18,859 nt of DNA from Vitrella brassicaformis CCMP3155 (lineage: Eukaryota > Protista > Chromerida). Made by a program: the position numbers and the translations under genes. This document shows positions 10,010 to 18,859 of the stretch, piece after piece (position 1 is the stretch's first letter; every line of letters begins with the position of its first letter). The stretch is from the NCBI GenBank assembly GCA_001179505.1, contig CDMY01000805.1:1-18859 (forward strand). Reading direction: 5' to 3'. The notes under the pieces are model-generated. The model had not been told where the DNA came from and made no database searches. It was given only the letters and a program-made list of their open reading frames with translations.

Positions 10010-13000
10010 CGGAAATGTGAAATGTGTGATGGATGGATGTGCGTATCAGAGCGGATTGGACGCCGACGATCCGCAGAAGGAGTACATCCAGGAGGCCTTC
10101 CCGCGCATGTGCAGAGTCCTCAAGGAGGAATTCATACCCTACCTCTGTAAGGAAAGGAACCCATCACACACCACACAACACACAACACACAGACACTGGA
10201 TGGATGTGTACGTGCGTGCAGCTGTGCTGATGCCGCACTACCTGAGCACGCTGAGGACACAGGCGACGGAGGTGGACACCGACGCAACGCCCGAAGACGA
10301 AATCGACGACATGTCGCTGGCCATGGTGGACCAGAAGTGCATGGGGCTCAAGACCACTGTCGTCGAGGACATCCAGCAGTCAGCACACGAAGACACATGG
10401 CTGTGTACTTGTGTGGGTGTGGTGAATGCATGGATTATGGTGTGTGCAGGGCGGTGACGATCATCAAGACCTTCTTGGAAGTGCTCGGTAGGCGGCGCAG
10501 AAAACAATCACTCGTGAGTGTTCCAATCAGCGCTGCTGTCCCATTCCTTCTCTATCTCGTCGCAGGCACCGACTTCAGGGAATACATCCCCACAACCACA
10601 GAGGTACACACTGACACACACACACATGCTCACTTAGACACACACATACCTGGACTCCCTCCCTCTCCGCTGTGTGCATTAGGCTGTCGTGGCGCTGCTG
10701 TCGTTTCACTTTGCGGATGACGTCAAGACCAAAGCGGTGGGCGCCATGGCCGAGCTCATCAGAGTCACACGAGAACTCGTCGAGGTCAGCAAACACATCG
10801 ATGAAGCGGCTCACCGATGGATGGATGAAACTTTCTCTGTGTGGCACTCCACTCCTTGATTCAGCAACGTGAGGCGTCTCAGCAAGGTCAGCCTGCCGCT
10901 GAGAGGGAGCTGCTCGTCAACATGGTCGTGCAGGCCATCGACCGGATATTCAAATGCATGGAGGTCAGTCGGCACAGCACCTATACCCTCCACCTCTCAC
11001 ACACATACACACACACAGAGAGAGAGAGAGAGATGTGTGTGTGCCGGTGTGTAGGAGGAGGAGGACCTGGACAATCTTCGAGCGCAGGCCATGGGCATCA
11101 CCAGGTGCATCGCCGCCGCAAAGGGCGGCGTACTCAACGACGACCAAGTCAGCAACCAATCAAACCAACACACACCTACGCCCCCCACCACAATGTGTGT
11201 GTGCAGTTAAGCCGGATATGCGAGTGCACCATAACGCAGCTGACCGAGGCGACCCACAGGCGCATCGAGAGGGAAAAGGACAAGCCAACACCGCAGGAAC
11301 CGGTACGCCCTACACCCACCTCTCTCCCTCTACGTGTCGGTCGACTCGTGTGTGTGTGCGTTGGCGTGTAGGGTGACACAGAGGAGGTTGAGGATGACAT
11401 GGAACTCATCGAAGAGGAACAAGAAGCGGTCAGTAAACCCACACACAGGCAGACAGGGAGGGAGGGATGGACCACCACATTGTGGCTGTGTCTGTGTGTG
11501 TGTGTGTGTGCAGGAGCAGTCTCTCCGCAGCAGTTTGGCCGAGGTCCTCGCCGTCATCATGAAACACTACCCTGACGCATTCCTGCGCGTAACCACACAA
11601 AGACACCCACACACACACACACACAGAACAAAGCAACCTTTGCTCTTGGAATGATCTGATGTGTCCATTAGACGAGTGCGTCAAAGGTGATCCCCTATGT
11701 GGGTCACTTTCTGCAGCCCAACAGCAGCGTCGCCGACAGGGCTCTCGGGCTCTACTTCATCTGCGACTTCCTCGAGCACCTCCAGGCACGAGAACACACA
11801 GCCACGCCACACACGCAGAGAGAGAGAGAGACAGACAGACACGTGTGTGCACTCGTGTGTGGATGATTGTGTGACACAAACAGGATCGTCATTTCCACGA
11901 GTGGGGTCAGCAGTTCGTGGCCAAGATGCTCGACTGTGTCCTCGACGACCACACGGAGATCAAACAACCAGCCTGCTACGGGGTGCGCCACACACACACA
12001 CACCATTGCATCTGCCTCTGTGCGTGTGGGATGATAGACGGATGGATGGATGGGTGAGTGCAGGTGTCGCTTGCGTCGAGGCTGAGTGCCTTCGTGCCGG
12101 CCGTCCAGGTGCGTGAGTGCCTAACCATTCACCTCTCTCTCCATCCATCCATCCATGTGTGTGTGTCTGCACCCACTCAGGTGGCATTGGAGAGGCTGCA
12201 CCACGTCATAGTGCAGCAGGACAAGAACACCACACAGAAGAAGCGGAAAGAAATGCAGGCAAGAACCCAACACACACATCCATCCATCCACCCATGTGTG
12301 TGTGTGTGTGTGTGTGTGCAGCCAGCGATCGACAATGCCGTGTCGGCTTACGGCGAGATCCTCGTCAACTGCGGATCTCAGTCGCCTGCTTTATCGGGCG
12401 GGGCGTCGGTGTGCGGCATGACACTGCAGCAGCACTACGGTTTCTGGCTCGACCACCTGCCGCTCAGGGCCGATCCCGAGGAGGGACAGAAGGTGCACGA
12501 GAAGCTCCTGAAGCTGATGAACCAGGTGTGTGTGCTGCGTATGAGGGTGGGTGGACGGGTGGCCACACACGGACGCCATCGGCCTCTTTCTTCCTCTGTG
12601 TGTCTCCTCAGAACCACGAGGGCGTGTTGGGCCCCAACCGCTGTCACCTCCCCCGCCTCGTGGGCATCCTCTCGCGCGTCTACAAGACCGACTGTTCAAC
12701 CGACGAGTGCAACACAGCCATCCTCTCACTCCTGCAGCAAATCGGTCTGTCTGTGGGGGCGCATACACATCCCAACACACACACACGTCTCTCTCTCTGT
12801 GGTTGGATCTATCAGGCCACGAGCAGCTGCACCAGTGGCAGCAGAGCGGTGCCTTCAAGCCAAAGGAGGCCGAGCGCATCGAGAAGGTCTGGAAGGACAT
12901 AGCCGTCCAGAGCGCCAAACAGCAGCACCAGGCAGCCACAGCAGCTGGCCACACACCCTCCCCCACCGCACAGCAGACACTGCACCCGGCGGCTCCCCAC

Positions 13001-13084
13001 GTGCCGTCCCCCCACCCATCGCCCGAGGCCTCCCCGCTGCACCCCCAGCAGCAGACTTTCGGCGGCACACACGCAGCCGGATAA
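6128..13084 (+). CDS. IPO5: Importin-5 / karyopherin beta-3 (RanBP5, Pse1/Kap121 family), HEAT-repeat nuclear import receptor, about 1190 aa, 38 exons
   Basis: Exons: 6128-6196, 6366-6620, 6681-6836, 6926-7017, 7125-7199, 7296-7321, 7399-7441, 7509-7607, 7716-7742, 7845-7895, 7983-8094, 8177-8265, 8357-8381, 8446-8571, 8880-8984, 9058-9102, 9212-9248, 9357-9449, 9538-9652, 9735-9811, 9915-9976, 10050-10146, 10222-10378, 10450-10487, 10566-10603, 10683-10784, 10865-10963, 11055-11147, 11207-11302, 11372-11428, 11514-11588, 11672-11785, 11884-11982, 12064-12108, 12181-12258, 12322-12525, 12612-12744, 12816-13084 (3573 nt, one open frame). Family motifs include [84 protein letters not shown] and [18 protein letters not shown]. 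Confidence 0.9.
8572..8879 (+). repeat. 308-bp intron packed with (GACA)n, (GATG)n, AT-rich (TA/ACAT)n, (CT)n and (GT)n simple repeats
   Basis: Longest importin intron. The repeats are directly visible. Confidence 0.9.
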
Positions 13085-15571
13085 TGACACATACCGGCAG
13101 CCAGCGTCATGGTGTGTGAATGCGTGTGTGGTGTGAGTGCTGGTCCCTTCCTCCAGTCGTCATTGCATATAAGCCGACGAGTAAAGGAGAGTCCACTGAT
13201 TGGTGCGTGAGCAAGACGGACGTACAAAACGGGTGTTTTGTTTCGTCTCGTCTTGTCTTCTCTCTCTCTGTGTGTGTGTGTGTGTGTGAGTTTTAATGCG
13301 TGAATGACTGAATGGGTGGCTGGATGAATGAGTGCCTTCGTCCGTGGCGTCTGTCTGTCTGTCTTTGTTGGACGTCCATGCGTTGAGCGCCATGCGCAAC
13401 TCTAACTAACTGTGTGCCCACAGCTGTTGTTGATTCGACACATCCACTCGATAGAGACAGACAGACAGACGGACGACCACCAGCAGTACACCACACCCGA
13501 CCAAAGGAAAGAGTGCACTAGCCGCCCCCCTCACTCACTCAACACGCAAAGAGGCAGGCGCTGCCAGGGGGTGAGATCTGTGCCGAAGAAGGCGAGGCCT
13601 TTTTTGTGTCAAAGGATCCCTGCGCCTCTGTCCGCCCCGTCGGAGCTCAATTGACCGGTGAGCACATCAGAGAGCACTCAGCAAGTGGACCATCCAGTCG
13701 CACACAGACTTATCAAAGAGTACTCCCCGCCACACACACGAGAGACACAAGGGCCTTACACACTCCACACACGAAGAAATAAGACCACAGCCATCACCAC
13801 ACAGTGACTATCGCTTGTACTTCTCCATGATCTTTCTGATCTCCGGCCTGTTCTTCGCCTCGCCCCACGGGGTGTCGCCCTGTCGTCATGAGATGAGATG
13901 AGCACATGACTCGACCCATCGATGGTGTGAATGTCTGTGTGCACTCACATAGTTGTTTTTGATGTCGAGCAGAGCACCGCCGCCCCACTCGAGCCTTTGG
14001 GAGTGACACACGGAGACAGAGAGAGAGTGGGGGAGACATTCGCGTCAGTCATCCGTCTGTGTCGCTCACAGCTGAGACGCAACTGCAGATTCGCCCACCA
14101 CTGCAGCATAATGGAGTGGCGTCCAGCGATGCTGTGTGTGTCATGCAAACAAAAGAAAGGCAATCAATCAGATGAGAGGCATTCTCTTTCTGTTTCGCCC
14201 GCATGAGGTCTCACATTGTCCTTCTGAGTGAGAAGGTCTTCCCCTCCTTTGGCATACAGAGCCTTCAGCACATCGACATGACCACCCGCGGCAGCCTTGA
14301 TGAATGGCGTCATGCCAAACTGCAATCAACACAGACACACACACACACAGTCCACACACAATCGTCACACTGAGGTGTCAGAGACATGTGTGTGCTCTCT
14401 TACCACTTTGTTGCGTGCATCGATCAGTTTGAGATCCCACGCCAGCAGCTGATTGACCGCCGCAACATGACCCTTGGAGGCAGCGTAGTGCAGGGCGTTA
14501 AAACCAATCTGTATTTCATCACAGCCAACACATCTCTTCACCAGCAGCACAGATCATGGTTTGTATGTCTCGGTACCCCGCTTGTTTGCTGCAGTACGTC
14601 AAGTTTGCTCTCATACATGACTTTCATGACGCCAACGTGACCCTTCTCAGCAGCTTCAAGGAAGGGTGTGTCCCACTGCAGTATGAAAATACAAGTCGAG
14701 TGTCTCTGCTGCGCGTGCAAGTCGGAAGTGCGTCACTATGCAGCAGAAGCACGTGACTTCTTCCTCGTCGAGGATGCTCGGTCCGTGCAGCTTGATTAGC
14801 TCAGCAACAGACGTGACGTCACCAGCTCTCACCGCAGAGTAAATGTTTCTCTTCAACACACAGCATACATCACATACAAGCGACTGTGTGAGGCCTGAAC
14901 GATCAGCTGTGCCCTTTCGGTATTACCCGTCTGATCTTCGTCGGGAGGGCTTCATTATCGATTCTCAGGACGGTGTCCGCCCGACATGCAACAGCGAAAG
15001 AGAAATGTTTGCCATTGGTAGGACTCCGTTGTCTGGCAACGGTTCTCTTACGGCTTTGGTTTGTGGCTGTGGTGCCTTCGGAGGTGACTCGGCTGATGCG
15101 TCAGGCCGACCAGGAGACGCTACAATACACGCAAATCAAGTGGAGTGTCTCTCTCTGCCGCTGCCTCATATACCGACCTCTTTCCTCTGACGGGACCACA
15201 GGCTTGATCTGTGCCGGAGAGACCGTGCTGGGCAGCCCCGTTGTAGTGCTGGCCATGCTGGTGTGCACACCCGATGTGGGGCTGATGGGCGACACGCCAA
15301 CGGGACTCACGGCGGCAGGGGGGACGGCCGGCGCCGCATTTTGTACTGTTGACTGACTCGATGAAATGCCGAGCTTCGCAAGCACCTGCTGGCGAGTCAG
15401 ATGCGACAAACTGACATGGCGTACGCTTAACCCAGTCGTATGTCGAATACCTCCGTCGCTGTCGGGCGATCGGCCGGATTGAACGCAAAACAACTCTGAT
15501 TGACACAAAGCGGCAATGGCGCGAGACACAGCGTCCATAAGGCCGCTTTCATTTTCATGTGCCTTGATGGC
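12898..15571 (-). repeat. Right arm of the inverted duplication (partner 81-3214)
   Basis: The reverse complement aligns with 81-3214 by eye. It is about 460 bp shorter, mainly because it lacks one ANK tandem unit. Confidence 0.95.
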
Positions 15572-16921
15572 CTCCTTGGTGTGTTGGGGCAGGAAGATGG
15601 GAATGTCAGGAACCTGACAGAAAGGGAGACACGGGTGAATGGATAATGAGGCGGCAGAGGGGAGACGACTATTGGTTTTCGATGCCAGATCAGTTCAATA
15701 CCTCCTTGTCAACGACGATTTTCTTAACGATCACCGCCGTGCCTTTGCCCTTGAAGGGAGGCCGACCTGCACGCAAAGTTCGTCGTGGCGCTTTCTGTCT
15801 TTGGGCTATGTTACAGAGGATTTGCTGCTCACCTCCGTGAATTTCTCCCAGTACTGAAGACGGACATACACACAGATGCATCAGGGAGAGGCGATGAGGA
15901 AATAGTTGTGGGATGGCTTACTGCCGCCCAAAGCCCATATGTCCGCCTTGACGGTCAACTTGTCCACTGAAAGGCACAACCATAAGGCCCTCCAGTCACA
16001 TCGACTCGCTTTGCTTACAGTCTGTGTCGAAGCCCTCGGGGGGCATATAGTTTGCGGTCCCTCCAACAAAAGTGAGTGTTGTCTTTCTCTGAGCGCCCCG
16101 AATCATCCCAAAGTCCGATATCTTCAGAGTAAGGCCTTCACTCAACTGACAGACAAACAAGTAGGAGGAGAACAAGAGTTCTGGAACTCTGTGAAAGAGA
16201 GGCTCTCTGTCGTGACCGACAAGAATGTTCTCCGGTTTCAGATCTCTGTGGACGATGCCCTGGTCGTGCAAGTACTGCAGACCCTCACAGATCTGTGACC
16301 AACACACACACAGATGATGGAGACGCAAGAAGCCCTCTGCACTCCTTTTGACCTGTTTGGCGAATCTGTCTCGCACGTCGGACGGCAGTGGTCCGTTCTT
16401 GGCCAGATAAGCCGCCAGGGAGCCGCCCTTACACAACTCTGACGAGAATGACAAAAGGAGACACCAGAAGGGACAAGGCCGATGGGGGAGAGGAGTGCTA
16501 CCTAGTACCAAGGACAATCATGAGTCCGTATTTGTCGTCTCGGCAGACGCCTAGCAGCTGCACTATGTTGGGGTGTCGCAGCTGAGCCATGGGGAATGCC
16601 TCCTTGAGCACCTCCATGAACTGCGACTGCACACAGACACACCGATCCAACAACAGAGAGGGGGAGGTTTGCCGAGGCTCCTGCTTGCTGGGCACCGCTT
16701 GGTCGAGCTCTTCATGTGCTTTGTAGATTTTGACAGCCACGGGCCGCCCTCGCAGCTCCCCTCGACGGACAACCCCGAACCCACCACTTCCTAAGGAACG
16801 GGATGACAAACAAACACACCCATCCGTGCAGCCAATGAATTCGCTGGGTGGGCGAGTGGTGCTGACCGAGCTCCTTGTCGCTCACAGTCAGGTCTTTGGG
16901 GTCGATCACCAGATCAGCCAT
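13808..16921 (-). CDS. Ser/Thr protein kinase (TKL-like) with Pro/Ser-rich linker and C-terminal ankyrin repeats (about 5 plus cap), about 562 aa, 21 exons
   Basis: Exons: 16921-16867, 16790-16696, 16626-16509, 16438-16353, 16292-16221, 16145-16019, 15966-15922, 15853-15833, 15766-15702, 15613-15563 (GC donor), 15495-15451, 15385-15178, 15119-15052, 14980-14927 (acceptor CGG), 14850-14758, 14675-14577, 14508-14407, 14319-14215, 14131-14070, 13994-13949, 13879-13808 (1689 nt). All catalytic motifs are present: LGSGGFGVV, VAVK, LRHPNIVQLLGVC, HRDLKPEN, DFG, GTANYMPPE, ADIWALG, RPPF, CFAFNPADRPTA. ANK motifs: WDTPFLEAA, FNALHYAA, MTPFIKAA, WTPLHYAA. Confidence 0.9.
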
Positions 16922-17019
16922 TGAACACCACTCGGAAAACCCACAAGGTCTGCCGAGGACTGAGTCGGAGAGAGGGGGCGCCCCCCACGAGACTGCCAGT
17001 GCGAGCTTACTACGCCCCC
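16922..17019. promoter_or_regulatory. Putative very short bidirectional promoter (98 bp) between the kinase-ANK gene and the membrane-protein gene
   Basis: Divergent ATGs at 16921(-) and 17020(+). Contains the perfect palindrome GGGGGCGCCCCC at 16974-16985. Confidence 0.5.
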
Positions 17020-18777
17020 ATGACACTCAACTTGAATGAAATGAACGAAGGTGCGGCTGTTTGCTTTGGCACAGAATGTGCGCCAGGGGTCACTCCCAGC
17101 GACATCAACGTTAACATTGGGCTGCACGAGGCCCCCCTCGTCGACGTCCCCACAGGTCGTCAAGACAATAAGCAGCGGAATCAGCCACCCAGCAGTGAGA
17201 ATTGGGCGTGTGAACCACCTGGAGAGGCGGCAGATGGGCATGACATTGATGTGTCCATGGATCATCGCAGCGAGAGGAGGAAAGAAGCGAGGCAGCTGAG
17301 CGAGATGGTGGCTCAATTCTATGAGGCGGCAGGAAGCACGTCGGCGGCTTACGAGGAGGTCCCCACTACCCTGCGATACGAGACGCGAGTCAACGACAGC
17401 GGGGAGGTCGAAGAGAAGCTTGTCGGGATAGCGTTCACTCCTGAGCCTTTCATCAAGACAATGCGGCAAGTGGCTCGTCTCCTTCTCTTTCAACTGGCAA
17501 CTGCATTGGTCTTTGCAATCGCATGGGCGCTGTTCTGCGTGGGAGTCTGGCAGACGTGTGAGGATAAGAGCGTTACACTGCCTTGGATCCTGATTGACTT
17601 CCTGAGGCGGCTGCTGACACTGGCCGGCTATATTGCGCTTTTGTTCCTGATGGCTGAAGGCGATATGGGCCAAGCCCTGCATCGCTTCCGGACAGGAGAA
17701 TAGTGGATCCTCCTAGTTGACACACCCATACACTTTAATGAGACTGTTATTTCTCACTTTGCCTTCAGAGGGCAAGCGCTGAGAAACATAAGTTATGTGG
17801 CTTGGTTTCTCAGCAGTTTGCTAACGCCCTTTCTTTTCTTTCGCTGGACTGCGCACGCAAGAAAGGCGATCAAGCGAAAGACAATCTACGCCTTGCAGTT
17901 ACCATTGGTGTTTGGGATCAGTATTTTGCTCGCTTTTATGGTTGAACGGGTCATGTTGCCATTGGCAGTACGACTGGCGACTGACGGCGAGCGGACGCAA
18001 CTCGTCATCTCTTTTTTGCTCATCCTATTGCCCGTTCTCGCACTCAGTACGTAGTAGATTGATATGAACACATATATGAATATGCGACTGGTTTCAATAC
18101 GTATGCCATCGCCTGTCTGTTCGTATCCGTATTTCTCAGTGGCGGCGACGAATCGCGCCATACGAGAAGGTCCTTGCAGTCAGACGGCACCAAGTCTTGT
18201 TTTTGCAGCCATGGCCTACTCTTTGTTTCCTCGATAACCAGACCCAGTGACATTACTATTGTATGAATGCTGTTGATGTGGAATGCATGGCAGAATGGTG
18301 CAAGCGAGAATGAGCAACTTCTCACCACATCAGTAAAGTCCAAATGCATAGATGTATCACTCTTGACCTCTTGGCAGTGAATGCGTGTGTGTGTATGTGT
18401 GTCTGCGTAAAATACTCACCTCCTTCATGTATGTCAATAGGCTTCTCGATTATGGCACAAATGCGGCGCAAATCGATCTGTGTTACATCTCGCAGGTTCG
18501 GGTGCTTCGATCTGGTCACAGACATTATGATTCCCTACGGTGAGTGAGGATCCATATGTTGTGTATCATTTCATGTCTCTTTGTGTCTTCTCATATGTGG
18601 CCAGGCGTGCTTGTAAGTGACGCGTGCGAAAAACTCTCTATTCGGCTACTGGCCCGCTGCAAGGCCAGCAGAGAGACGGGAGACCAGCCTAGCGACACTC
18701 TGGACGTGATTGGCGTCAGAGACACTGGTGGATCTATTGTGAATGACAGCAGCATTCGGAGCGCCTTTAGGCTTTAG
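17020..18777 (+). pseudogene. Multi-pass membrane protein gene, apparently damaged; family not recognised
   Basis: 17020-18054 is one frame with at least 5 hydrophobic segments (LLLFQLATALVFAIAWALFCVGVW; LPWILIDFLRRLLTLAGYIALLFLM; YVAWFLSSLLTPFLFF; LQLPLVFGISILLAFMV; LVISFLLILLPVLAL), interrupted only by TAG at 17701-17703. Further putative exons: 18140-about 18233, and ..18539 joined in frame through intron 18540-18604 (GTGAGT..CAG) to 18605-18777. The model between 18234 and about 18440 is unresolved. Confidence 0.5.
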
Positions 18778-18859
18778 GGTTTAGGGTTTAGGGTTTAGGG
18801 TTTAGGGTTTAGGGTTTAGGGTTTAGGGTTTAGGGTTTAGGGTTTAGGGTTTAGGGTTT
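18766..18859 (+). repeat. Telomere: one variant unit TTTAGGC (18766-18772), then 12 perfect TTTAGGG units plus TTT to the window end
   Basis: The G-rich strand runs 5'->3' toward the end, as at a true chromosome terminus. TTTAGGG is the plant/apicomplexan-type repeat. Confidence 0.97.

Noticed and set aside
1273-13300. Microsatellite runs as CRISPR-like or coding repeats (CVCV, THTH, DRQT peptides in the ORF track)
   Set aside because: They are simple intronic repeats with no repeat-spacer structure, and the peptides are translation artefacts.
81-15571. Inverted arms as terminal inverted repeats of a large DNA transposon
   Set aside because: The arms are kilobases of ordinary genic sequence with internal indels. 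There is no transposase, and I could see no target-site duplication.
16906-17682. 258-aa minus-strand ORF
   Set aside because: It is antisense to the membrane-protein ORF, has no recognisable motifs and is not in frame with the kinase start. It is most likely a shadow ORF.
18230-18525. Alternative minus-strand spliced mini-gene (MSVTRSKHPN...HEG|EVKSDTSMHLDFTDV) with a GTGAGT donor near 18419
   Set aside because: It is frame-consistent but short, has no recognisable domain and overlaps the plus-strand model. The symmetric AC/GT intron style makes strand ambiguous. It cannot be excluded without RNA data.

Overview
Terminal 18.9 kb of a eukaryotic chromosome arm, ending in a (TTTAGGG)n telomere. 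Very intron-dense genes, short microsatellite-rich introns and the telomere repeat suggest a chromerid/alveolate such as Vitrella (inference). I built the gene models by hand from GT/GC-AG boundaries and frame continuity. Left to right: (1) a kinase-less or 5'-rearranged ankyrin-repeat gene copy (+, 81-2311); (2) a 300-N gap; (3) a 9-exon calmodulin-like EF-hand plus coiled-coil gene (-, 3815-5919); (4) head-to-head with it, a 38-exon importin-5/Kap121 gene (+, 6128-13084, about 1190 aa); (5) a 21-exon Ser/Thr (TKL-like) kinase-ankyrin gene (-, 13808-16921, about 562 aa); (6) a damaged multi-pass membrane protein gene (+, from 17020) whose apparent last exon runs straight into the telomere. 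Segments 81-3214 and 12898-15571 are a diverged inverted duplication. The most interesting signal is in the ankyrin arrays. Repeats are exon-encoded, their number differs between the two arms, and the binding-surface codons are more diverged than adjacent introns. The inverted geometry would let the kinase gene swap ankyrin arrays with the kinase-less copy.
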